A DNA stretch of 63,832 bases, the filler included, from Choristocarpus tenellus KU-1152 (Eukaryota > Protista > Phaeophyceae), in NCBI GenBank assembly GCA_964200185.2. It is 7 parts of 7 records of this genome, joined end to end, with 100 filler letters (N's around TTAATTAATTAA, not from the genome) between each part and the next. Parts side by side here need not be neighbours in the genome. Positions count along the whole stretch, not along the records: positions 15,638 to 29,374 come from CAXNAD020001386.1; positions 29,475 to 43,733 come from CAXNAD020001243.1; 5 more parts are not named here. The stretch is one strand, 5' to 3'. The translations under genes and the position numbers were made by a program. A model generated the notes under the pieces. That model saw only the letters and a program-made list of their open reading frames with translations, made no database searches and was not told the origin of the DNA. This document shows positions 26,100-38,142 of this stretch, piece by piece; within the stretch, counting starts at the first letter, position 1, and each line of letters begins with the position of its first letter.

Positions 26100-26480
26100 T
26101 TTTTGCCACTTTCTTTTTTTGAAGAAAGAGCGCTCATATTGGGGTTCGAACAATGGATTGTAGGTCACCAAGAGTGACAACAGATGCACTATTACTTGAT
26201 TAAAGTAGAGGGTTTAGACGGGAAAAAAAAATCCCCACCCAATTTTCTTGTGTGTTCGTGCACCCACTTTTTGACCTCAGCAAGGATGTCCTTGTCAAGG
26301 CCCAGGACGAAACGCCTGTCATAGTGCCCTTGCTCCGACACCTTGATTTGGCCCTTAGGAAGTCTCTCTCCCATTTACTCACAGTTTCCGACCTGACCCT
26401 CGTATATCCTGCTGCCATCTCGAGTGCTGTTTGGCGGTCTTTCCTGTCGTTCATACACACGTACAGGATTATTCGCAGTG
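26100..26480 (-). mobile_element. Dispersed repeat B copy 1: decayed DNA-transposase HTH-like exon plus flank
   Basis: Reverse-complement match to 52586-52880; encodes, with a frameshift, VRSETVSKWERDF..KGQIKVSEQGHYDRRFVLGLDKDILAEVKKWV. Confidence 0.6.
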
Positions 26481-28146
26481 TTAGAGTCTAAACTATCACA
26501 TTTCCTTGTTGAGCACCGGAAATGGGCATTGTCCGTGTTTCCTAGACGAGTGTTGTTTTATCAAGGCGCAAGGACAAGGGAGGACAGGCTTGAGTTGATC
26601 GAAAATTGTGTTGATTTCTCGAATGAATGGAGGCTGGGAGAAAGCCTTCATTAACTTTAAACGTCCAACCCCAAGTCCAGGAACAACAGTAAATGTACGG
26701 CATCTTGCAAGAAGTGGGAGAACCCAAAACATCGGTGTGTAAATAGTCTCAATCTCACCTCCTCTTCTTCCCTGGCATCCACGTCAATGGCTACCTCCAC
26801 CTACTTCACGACCTATTTGAAGTAAAGGATTTGGTGATATCGAATAGTCTCCACAGCTGCCTTTGTTACAATTGCTTTCTCCTCTGCCTTGTTAGTCCTT
26901 TCGACCTTCTTTCAGGCTTCAGAACCCTTGTAGTCGGACCCTAACACCTTCTTTCTCGTTTCATTAAGTCACTCTGGCTCGCACAGCTTCCAGACAGCCA
27001 GGGCCTGCTGCAACTGTCGACTACTAAGATATTCTATACACCCGGATTTTCGCTTAGGCATTTCCTGAGCGCAATGGCACGCAGTCGCACTGCTCTCTTC
27101 CCCAATCTTCCCTTCGGGTGGCCACCCCGGTTCTCCCCTTCGCCTGCCTTGACCAGGCTTCCCCATAGACTTCGTCACTGTACCACTTGGTGATGGGCTC
27201 GCCGCTCTCTTCCTGCTTTCCCTAGGTGGCAGAGACTACAGAGCAGTGCTCCAATGTGGTTAAAGATCCAACCACGTTTGTGTGGTAATGCTTTCAGTGC
27301 ATCTTCTTTCAGCGTCAGCGTCGCGGCCCCGTAATCCTTTTCACAATTTGATTATGCTTCTGCGCCATACTACTCGCACTTTCTTGTCACCTAACATCGC
27401 ACTGAGTGTCACACGTTACCTGCTTTTCCATCGCTTCTTGACAGAGTGCCGAGGGTAGATCCAGGGGGCAGAGTGGCCTCGGTGACTCTCCTTGTCTCAC
27501 CGTCGTGGTTCACGTTGCTGTGTAAGTCATGCGTGTGTGAGCTCACAGAAAGTCTGTGAAAGGTGTTAAAAAGATGTCAGGAAATCTTGAGTTTTTTTTT
27601 GGTATCGCCACAACAGTCAAATTTGGGCAGCGACGTACACGGCACCAGTTTTTTGCAAGGAATTCAACCAACCACTTATTTTTGTCCGTTTTGAAGTCGT
27701 GACCTTCAAAATTGCACCGGAGATAATCCCCCGCGTTTTTTCCATTGTTTGATAGGGACATAGCTCCCATTCCCCGAAGCCTGAACATTCGTGGATACAA
27801 ACCTTCAAAAGCTCTTGTCATACCCTTTCATTTGATATATACATTGTTGTATAATTTTTGTGGCGTTTCGGTGAAAAAAAAAACGATTGCCATGGAGGGC
27901 GAAGTTACTGGTACTACCTAATACCTAAAATGAAATTCACTATCAAAAAGAAAAAATGCCATAAGCAAGAAACGCCACCCGAAGGTGACTGGCAAATTCA
28001 AACCATCTTCAGCATGGTAAGTGGGATCCTCGTGACGAAAGGACAGTCTATCGTACCCCGTGTTAGCTTCCGTCTATTTCTACTCGACATTTCTCAGTGG
28101 ATTGAGCGATGGAGGTAGGTCTTTGTCCGAGTGGTGTCGACTTCTA

Positions 28147-28878
28147 TCACTCGACCTGTCTATGGGTAAAGCAAGTGGGGATCGAAGCACAAACTGGGGA
28201 ACGGATGTGACTGGTCGAACGGTTTTGATACATTGTTTTTTGGAATGAAAGAGGTCCGTATTTCGCAGGAACCGAAGCAGGTAGTTTGTTTACGGCAGCA
28301 CAGACAGCGGGCGAGGAGTTCTGGGTAAAAACAGGTTGAACCATCGGTGCAAGGGTTGTTGGTACAATGTTGACAACTTCTTGGTGTGACAGTGAAGTTT
28401 GACTTGATACCTCATCGTGCAGGGATGTCCTGTTCCGGTGAGGTAGTCCTAGTTCCTGCCTAGCGATCGGGGTTTCAGCTGAAGCAGCGAAAGGGTGTGA
28501 CATGCTAGCAAACATTGCACGCGCATCTGCCATGGTACATAAAGTAGTGTGAGTCTTGTCCTTGTACAATGCAGCTTTTGTAGCAGTTTGGTCGGTTGGG
28601 AGAAATGCGTATCGGTCGCTTCGATTGGACAATTCCTCTATCAGTTCATTAAACCTTGAGTGTTGCCCCGAGGATCTTTCTGAGACCATAATGCTTTTCA
28701 CCATTGTTTCGAATGTGATGGACAGGTCCCCTTGGGAGATCTCAGTCCAGACACACATCCGTGCGCATGCACAAGTGCATTGCGCGGGCATTTCTCTGTC
28801 ATTGGTGACGTTCCCACCAACATCAAAAACAGAGAACTCTTGAGAAATTTCAGACCTCTTACCGTTGACGATCACCAA
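28147..28878 (-). CDS. 243-codon ORF of unknown function (exon or TE-associated)
   Basis: Unusually long open frame for this window; no recognisable motif; non-ATG start in the ORF track. Confidence 0.3.
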   Translation of the reverse strand: MVIVNGKRSEISQEFSVFDVGGNVTNDREMPAQCTCACARMCVWTEISQGDLSITFETMVKSIMVSERSSGQHSRFNELIEELSNRSDRYAFLPTDQTATKAALYKDKTHTTLCTMADARAMFASMSHPFAASAETPIARQELGLPHRNRTSLHDEVSSQTSLSHQEVVNIVPTTLAPMVQPVFTQNSSPAVCAAVNKLPASVPAKYGPLSFQKTMYQNRSTSHIRSPVCASIPTCFTHRQVE

Positions 28879-29374
28879 GATGTGACGTAATCTGGTGGAC
28901 CTGGGATTCTCTTCAAACTTCTCCTAAGATTTGATGGCTGAGAGAGCTTTGGGTTTGCTGGAAGCACCCCACCATGACGCAACTGGTGATTCTGAACACC
29001 CCCTACGACTGATTGGACCCTGCCTCACGACCGTGGTACTCACACCGACAGTCTACAGGGGATTTCACCAAGTTAGAAGTCCATATCATGGCAAAATCAA
29101 ACAAAAATGCGACCGAAGACAAAGACGAGTTTGAGGATGCAAAGGCAATACTCAACCTTCTCTAGATAAGGTCTCGTCACCTCCACCAAACACACCTGGC
29201 ACATCCGCAATCCTTACGACTGATTTAGTCGAAGGCATACCCTGGGAGACTCACAAAAGCAAGAAAGGGAGGCGACTGAAAAACCAGCGTCCCTTTCCAT
29301 TTTGATAAACGATGTTCGATTAGACTCTTCCAACTCTATCAGACAGTTACGGTAAAATATGTATGGAGTAATGG

Positions 29375-29474
29375 NNNNNNNNNNNNNNNNNNNNNNNNNN
29401 NNNNNNNNNNNNNNNNNNTTAATTAATTAANNNNNNNNNNNNNNNNNNNNNNNNNNNNNNNNNNNNNNNNNNNN
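29375..29474. other. Artificial contig spacer
   Basis: N44-TTAATTAATTAA-N44. Confidence 0.97.
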
Positions 29475-31999
29475 GAATTTTCCAGGACCTTTCAAGAAAC
29501 CCTAGTAATGGTACCCCCCACCAAATAAAAAAAAAACTCAGTTAAACACTTCAGAACTATTCCGAATGTGAGAGAAGTACTCTTCCCCCTTACACAACTA
29601 CGTACCCTCCTTTCTAAAATCCCCTCTCCGGCACGTTCCTGTCAAATCTCTTTACAAACTTATGGGACATAGTCAGTACTAGAGGGGTTTCAATTGTGCC
29701 CTCTGTATAGGCATGCTATTGATTGTTGAAGGAGGTGAACCATCTCACCATCCGAGGAAATACACAGGAATCAAACATACATACTCTCCTCGTTCCATAA
29801 AAGATATGCTACTGAACAAACGTTGCATGCTTTTCCGCAGGTACTGACTGAAATGGTGCACGCCCATCCAAAAGTGTACTCTGTCAAACAACCCTTGACA
29901 CCACAGTATCAAAACGCTAATTCAGCACACTAGGAAAACCGTCCAGCATGAGATATACCGACACATGTATATCATGAATCGTTAGCTGCTGATTATTTAG
30001 ATTGCATTGCCTCTCTCAAAATTTGTCTCTTGTATGGGCCCATTGCACTCACACTTTACTGCAAGTTACTGCACATCTTCCAACCACCACTCTGCTATCA
30101 CCTTTCCAGACATGGACCTCAAGACCCAAGCCCTCTTCCTGTATGTTGTGTACTATCCTTCACCAACAACTGACCCCCTACAAGGTGACCAATTACCGCA
30201 TGACCACAACGAGGCCTTGACTTGTGATAGGGGACATACGTTATCACAAGGAGACTCATCAGTAAGAGAGGCAATATTCTTGTAGACAGGGCGGGTTGCT
30301 ATTCATGTCCCTTCTGACAGAGCAACTTTTGGCGATATTGAGATGACTTGCTAGAATTACAACAGGTAAAAATGCAAGAAAAGAATGGGTCCTGTCTCAG
30401 TCTTATTCATTGGCACATATCATGGACATGAACAAGGCAAGGGAGGGGATAGATGACACTCCAGTCTCATCACTGACGAGCTTTAGTTTGGATGATTTCG
30501 TTCTGTTCTAGGCACACTTTACCATTTAAAGACATCTATCACTACTCCTTTGATTCCATCTGTACTTTTTTTTTCTTCTCAACATCTGGTATACATTAAA
30601 AAAAAATTGTTGGTCAAATGAAAATATATACATATAATTCCCATTTTAAAAATGCCCACTTCATGGGGGAGGAGACCACACAAAACTGCCAGAGATCGTT
30701 CCAGTACAAGATAGAGTCTACCCGAAAGCACAAACACTCATACTCCGGAGTAGTATCCACTAACAGAATGCCAACATGCACACCACACTGTGACAAAGAA
30801 AAATGGGGAGGGGGGGGGGGTGGGGAGTACCTGTGATAATATCCTTATCGAATACTAATTGTGTGGTACAAAAAGCAGATTGTACTACATTGTTCACAGC
30901 AGAGAGGCGATCAAGGAGATATTTTCCTCCAGACACAGCGTTGTAAATTTATACTATGTGTATCGACTGTTTTATGCAAGACTGCAACACATTCAAATGT
31001 TAAGACGTCTTGTACAGCTGCTGTTGCTGTAAACAGTCAGTCAAGACTCCTGTACAGGGCACACCCTAACTCCACACACTCAACAATATACCGTATACCA
31101 AGGAAAAAGTGATGACCACACAGAAGGACATGCCACACATTGCACACGCCAAACAGCATCATTACTGTGCTGTGCCTTCTTCGCCATGATTGACTAAAGA
31201 CCTTTCAAGTCACTCGACCTCCCTACCTGCCAAGGAGAGACACTACTTTCTCTGCACTACAATACGCCTGCTCCAACGAAAACAAATGCTCACATCCCAC
31301 CTAAAATATTCCTCTTTATTCTCATTTTGTTTATACCTCAAGCACCACAACACAATCTCATGTTGAAGCCCACTCTACACCAGCTGTATTTAAACGGGTA
31401 TATAGAAACAAAACTGGCAGCAACATTGATGACATCATGATTTGCACAAGCACAATCCTCCTTTAAACTGCTTACACGTATTCTCAACCCACTCCAATTT
31501 TGGAGCCCTTTACTTGTCTCCCATCATTCAGCACAAGGTAAATTCCCACAGCTCCAACCTACTCCTTTGCTCCAACTAAACAGATATGGTTGACATAATA
31601 ATGCCAAAACCGCTTCAATTATTTCTTATAATAGAGGGGTGGCAAGTGACGTTGTAAACAAGTTACCAACACTCTGCAGTGTTTGACTGGCTCAGTGAAT
31701 CGACATCCAAGGAAGGTTTCGTATCTCATTCCAACCTTGAAGAAAAATGGAACGAAACTTCTTGTTGATATCGAAACACCTTATTGTTGGTAAATGAAAC
31801 ACTTTTTGCTGCATCTTGTGTGGAATTACAGGAAAGTATGTTACCCAACTTTTTTCGACATTTGCTAACCTTGAAAAAATTCAAAGCAACCCCACCCGAT
31901 TCCATCCTTTATCTGTGAGAGCCCTAGTAGTTCATTCTCTTCCTTACATACTGGACGCAAAGGTGGATTCATCTGGAACGAAGTCTTATAGTTGATCCA

Positions 32000-34000
32000 T
32001 TTATGCTACCTCCGCCTTTTGCTACTTAGGTATATCCTCTCCGCTTACCCTATTTTTTTAGCACCAAACTCACCTCATCCGGCTTTGACATTCGCCGCCC
32101 TCCTGACCACAACATTTGTAACCCTGCTCCTCCCAAAAGCCTCGGTTCTTCCTTCCTTTCGGAGAGATATCCCAACCGATTGCCTTGCAAAATTGTTCCT
32201 TCCTGTTCATGAGTTCATGAGCGGTGCACCGTATTGTAAGTGTAGCAGGTGCATGAGGGTTTCCTGTCACGTCGTTTGCCCATGAGCACCATTGCCTCAA
32301 TAATGAAGCCACTGCACAACGGAAAGACGTATTAGACGACCAAGTGCTCAAGAATTGAAGGTAATTGGGCTTCTCGCCGGGGTTGCAATATCTACAGAAG
32401 TACTGAGCAGAGGTTTACAGGCCCCATAGGTTCACACACGTACCTGCCCTCTCCCACAGAAAGAGTGTGTGCCTGGGCAAAGAAAGCCCAAGCTGGGATT
32501 CACCAGACAGGACACCAACGTGGCAGGGAGTATGAGTACCGCAGCCACACCAATGCGAACAGGTCGCGTTAATGTCGACCCACATTGGTGATTTCGGCGT
32601 ACCTTCAACATGGAGATGATGGGCTACCACTCTGACTGCTATCAAATTTTTATTGAAAGAGCGAGAAATCCAAGTCAAGGGAGACTGGCTTTCCCTTAAA
32701 AGGATGATACACTATGCAAGGACGCACTTTGTCTGAGGCAAAATGTCAAATTGGGCAATATAACGTCTACCGTGTTTCTCCACAAACCAATCGACACGCA
32801 AGTTGAGCAGTTGAATGCAACGATCGAGAAGAGAAAGAGGAGGGGCAAAGGGAAAGTGCAAGGGCAAACTTCTCGTTAGGAAACACGAGAAATCCTTGTG
32901 CTTCCTACGTTGGAAGGGTTGCAATCACTACTCTTGCAGTTGACCCAACCTCAAATCTAAGTTCCAGGTATCAATAACTTCCCTATTAGCAACTTACCAC
33001 CTCAGGTAGACTTTAGGGTTAGGGTAAACCAGATTGGTTAGTGTGTGACCTTAACCTTCACATCCCCCAACCAGTTGTCTTGTTGACGATGGTTAGGCAT
33101 ACTAGGAGTAAGCCAGTCATGTCGAAATGTAAGAGGTTGATTTATCTAGTCTTAGTGTTGGCATTGTTACCTTCACCTTACTTGGCTTTCCTCACGATGC
33201 CAAGGATCTCCAGGCTAAGTTTTATCACATCAACGCGATGGACGACTAGCACCTCACCGTTCATGTCCGCAGGTGCGAAGGCTGCATAGCAGTCTCGTAA
33301 TGACGCTTCAATCTCTCTTTCGCATGCTTGTGAGGGCCTGTCTAGGTTAGTTGTGACTAGCCGAAGATTCCAAGTTAGGATGTTATTTTGTCCTCATTGA
33401 AGTTGATGTTCCCTAGACGCACACCTCTCTTTCTGTAGCAACGCCCCCCATCTCCACACCACGTTAACCTTCTTTTCTATCCTTCCCCCTCTGTGTGATT
33501 CAACCTGGAAATAGAAGTAAATGCTGATGGCACTGCACCTGAGAGACACCCCAAGGCCTGGGACCGCTCGTTGCCAATGAAATTCATCCAAAATCTCACT
33601 GTTTCCATAGAAGGGGAGTTTGTCTCGAGCGACGACGGTGGTGAGCCCACAGAGGAGGAGCTCTCCAATGTGAATATGCTCAGGATTATCGCTGAGGTTG
33701 CCAGTAACGAGATGGTGAATAATCTCGCTTGGAGGTGCCTGGGTGAGCGATAAACACTGCCTGATCGAGCACGCTCTATCTTACCTCAGAGAGGTCCGCG
33801 TGGGTGTGGAAACTCACAACCGCCCTGTTATAATAGGCAGGGTGAGATTTATTGATATGTTCGAATATGCAATGCCAGCATGGAAAAGGATACCATCGAC
33901 ACCCTTTTCACCCATCAAGGTCTCTTTGCGCACTGCACAACGTGTAGCATAACACTGGGTGGTCTGTGACCCTAAATCCTGCTTTTGTGACCTTCAGTAA
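32000..34000 (-). pseudogene. Degenerate non-LTR retrotransposon (endonuclease and RT remnants)
   Basis: Ordered remnants SVYRSP and VTGNL (APE-like), SLLDRCIQLLNLRV..FVEK....QF, ISRSFN and WANDV (RT-like); many stops; boundaries approximate. Confidence 0.45.
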
Positions 34001-35889
34001 TCTCCTGAGCCGTAAAGGGGTACGCTTATGCCTCGGATTTCTCAACAAACAGTACACTTGTGGAACATGCACCGCGCCTAAACCGCCTGGCGCTTCACAG
34101 ATTGTTTTGCCATATTTGTTACCCCTTTCCTTCCTTGACCACCGTGGTCACAACTGTGCCTATCTTGTTCGTTCGCGGTTATCCCCTGGTCTAGGTTATC
34201 GTTGTGATCCTGCCACTGGTGTATGGACCAACTCAGAGGTCTTCCCCAAGTGGAAGATTAGGTTCCCAAACCCACCTGACTTCATGGGTGTGACGGGGGA
34301 CCACAGTAGGGCGGTGGACTTACCTGTAAAGCAAGCTGTCCAAGTGAGAGGAGGATTGTACTCTAACGATGATCTTTTAGTACCAGTCAATACACCTACT
34401 CTCTCATACTTTTCTATGTAACTGTTGGCAGCCACCCGTGCCCTAGTTTTCAAGACAACATGCATTTTTTTTTAATCCCAGTCTCACACCTGGACGACGT
34501 TACGAATGGTGTTGGTATGCTGTTCTCTCCCCTCCTTGCACTCTTTGTACTGATCAGAAAGTACTTGACTATGGTACGGTACATTACACATGTCCACAAC
34601 CTTGATCCACCAGTTTTCTATTGATCGATTGACCGATCGGTGTACATTGGTTCAATGTATTTTCCAACGATACTCAAATATTTGACTGGTTGCCATGAAG
34701 AAAACGCAGCATGCAACATGCATATACGTCTGACAAAAAACAGATACACACCTCTGAAGCTTTCTGTCCCTTCCTCCCATCCCTTGCTAAATCGTATGCA
34801 TTGCATGTTTCTTGCCTCTTGCCTCAATTCAAAGGCCCTGACCAGATCAATCCCAGATGAGCATAAGCAGAGTCTCCCCAAACACCTTGGACCCCTAGGT
34901 TTCACAGGGTTTTATTTGCAAGAGCTTACACCCAACAGAACACGGCGAGGACAGGTAGGTGTACTGTCTCAGTGATATGTGGATGTTATATAGACAGCAT
35001 ACTGCTGCAATATGAGAGTTGCAACCATCATGATAGGGTTTGTCTGCTTAAGATTTTGCAATATCATTGCATTATTCCAGTGACACTGACTTGGACTACA
35101 ATGGCAGCGATGCGCCTTCATGTGCCAAAAAATATTGCCTAGAAAAAATAGTATTTGGTTGTGAGCTTTCCTCCATTGATGCAAGTATTGAAGGCAGCAA
35201 AGCTGAAAGATAGCCTGTAATTGAAATCATTTCGACCTATTCCAGAGTAGTACATGATAATGTTTGAAATGATCTGACTGTTTGTGCTCATTGTGAAGAT
35301 TTTTGTGGAAACAAAAGTGTATGGCAATGAACAGTCAGGGGTCAGAAGTAGCATCCACATTGGGTGAACAAGCCATATTCTCAGGAGTACAGTTTTTCTG
35401 GGGTCAACCTTATTTCTGCTCAATCAAACCCCCTCCACACTGTGGATTTCTTCCATGCAAAATAGTTCTGAAGGAAAGGTTTCGGGGAGCCTAAGAGGAA
35501 GTCACTTTGTTTTCTGTCCGTGAACACTTCTTTGTGAGAGGTGAATATACATACAAGAAGAGTCAAGAAGAGATAAAGCCTACATCAAAGAGTGTTATAC
35601 AACAGTTTGGGGGGAAATGTAGTAGGATGGTTATTATGATGCAAGAGGTAACATCTTTTGTGCAACATCCTAACCTGAGGTTTACATGTGTATCTTGGGA
35701 ACACGGGGTAGATCAGGGTGAGGCATTGTTTGCACCTCCTTCAGCTAGCTGATTTTTTTTGTCGGCAATCAAAAGGAAGATTGAAAGAACAAGGATGGCT
35801 GAGGGACAAAATCAATAGGTTTGATCACCACCACACACACACATTTTCTCCTCATAGTCCTGTGATGTCCTCCCCAACCATCCTCTCAG

Positions 35890-36120
35890 GTGGCAAATTT
35901 CATCCTCCACTACAGGGAGAACTTGTGGAGGGTGCCACTGGAGGAGCTCCAGCGCCGTGCCAGAGAGAAACACTTGAAACAGAAGAGAGAGGAAGCGGAT
36001 GGAGAGCATATTGCTCATCGTCCTCTTTTTGAGGGAGCAGTGGCAGTGTCGTCATCCACAGGGGAAGTAACAACTGCAAGGGACGGAGGAGAGGAAGGGG
36101 GAGAGACTGCAGGCTCCTAG
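35890..36120 (+). CDS. Probable terminal exon of an unidentified gene, convergent with RPS3A
   Basis: Acceptor tcctctcag| followed by protein-like VANFILHYRENLWRVPLEELQRRAREKHLKQKREE...GETAGS*; upstream exons not found. Confidence 0.5.
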   Translation: MANFILHYRENLWRVPLEELQRRAREKHLKQKREEADGEHIAHRPLFEGAVAVSSSTGEVTTARDGGEEGGETAGS

Positions 36121-38142
36121 GGGGGAGGAAATATGCAACAAGGGTGCTGTTGCTATGGCATTGGAATGATAGCATTGGAAAAAAGAATGGAATAGAGCTG
36201 AGATCATTGCTGTTACTTTCTGATAGGCTAGGTGGGACAAGTGGTATTCAACTTTGCCTCATGACTCATCTGTGGCGCCCAATGTGTATGCTACTCACAA
36301 TGGTGGGATTATTTTGATGTTCAACAAGGTATAATATTGCACAACTTTTTTGTTTGATCATATGACAGGTGATAGAATGTGAAGAGGAATGTGATAAGAC
36401 TATTAAACATTAAAACTGGACTAGACTTGTACTCAAACATTCATGTACCTTATCATATGGCATCAACTCTTCAGGCTAAATAGACCTGACCTACTCACAA
36501 GATTTACCCAAACTTGCATTGTGGTGGGAGACTCCTGTAATGGGTTGCTGGTTTGACCAGCATTGACGTTTTGTCGTATTGCTGTGGACACTAATCTATG
36601 GCATACTAAAGTCATGATTGAAAGTTGAAGCAAACCATTATACAACATGCTTTTCAATCTCAATGCATTCAAGGCATCGATTAATTGACATAAAAATGGG
36701 ATTATTAAATATATTATATTGCTAATCCTACCATATACACTGCAAATATAGTTCCTACTGTTGCCTCAAATTATCGCGCCTCTTATTAATCAAGGGTTTT
36801 CAGGTGGGGGTGGATAAGTATGTGAACACATTTTTAATTACAGGATCAAACGAAAGGTTGGAAAATTAGCAATAAAGAACCTTCAAATATTGGACCTTCC
36901 CAAATGGTTCCCAAGTGCTGCGTGAAGAGGCACACAGTGGCATTTGCATTTTTTCGCCTTCGATATATTCTGATCTACTCAACTACCCCCACTTATAGAA
37001 GCAATACCTTCTTCAGCTTCTCTGAAAACTTGTCATACTACTGTTTATGATGGAAATGTAATTCCAATTCTTAACCTAGTCACTTCTACCCAAGGACATC
37101 TGTGTGTTTCATTACTTTTGTTGAATACTCAACAATCCTTCTTGATTCATTTGTATGTGCTTCTATCCACTTCTCAGAGATGTAAGAGTCCATATACACT
37201 TCTCTATACATTGTCTTTGAGATACTTTATATTCAACTAGAAAATTTATGACTTTGACCTAGCAGGAAGTACTAGAGGCAAGGCATGTATACCCGCTTTG
37301 GCAGCTTAGGAGTTATCTCCTTAAATCACCTGGAAATATCTGAGGGCCACAAAGTGTAGTAGCTTCAGATGTGTAAACCTCACATGCTGTAAATACACCA
37401 TTTACATTGCTGCCTAATACACCTTTCTGAGACCATCATTCTTGAGTCTCACATTTCTTCCTTTCAAGACAAGGCTTATGTATTTATACTACTACCACAC
37501 ATACTGCATAGAGAGTATCTCAGCGTATTCCATTCTATTAAACCTCAACAAGCTCAGGCAAGCATCAGCTTGATTTTAAGTGTGTTGTGTCAAGTTTCCA
37601 ACAAAGGCTTTACGTAACTCCACAGTAGAGATAACACTCAAAGTTTTTCTCACATGATGCAAAACTTGGTTGATGCTTCACTTTGCACAGAGAACTTAAA
37701 TTACTCAGAGCTCAAATATTCACTTATTATAGACAACGAATGTGTAATCATTATGTATGTAGCATTGCATAAATTGGGTGCTACGCTAAGTCTAACAAAC
37801 TGTTGTCAGCAATTGTGGTACTTCTACAGGAAATACATGATGTCAACAACATTAGCAACAGCGTATTCTACAGATTAGGAATTGAGAAAAAATCCCAATG
37901 AGCTCCAATTAAAATGCTTCTCACATTGCATAGGTAATCACATGATATGCATGAAAAAAAAGTTAGATGAAGTTCTGCTTGTGGAAAGTATTGATGTTTT
38001 TCATCGTGAGAATTATGGCTGCATTATGGTATTACATGACTCAAGGCTTGTAGAGAAGCCCTTCCCAAAGCCAGGAAAACCGGTGCAACCCCCCTTACTC
38101 CCATTAGCAGGGATGTTGCTTGCGACAGAATCAGCATACTCT

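Noticed and set aside
30288-30365. Upstream exon for the 35890 terminal exon
   Set aside because: All three frames contain a stop before the donor.
33013-33025. TTAGGG-like motifs (also ~20058 and ~62441) as telomeres
   Set aside because: Only about two units each and internal to contigs.
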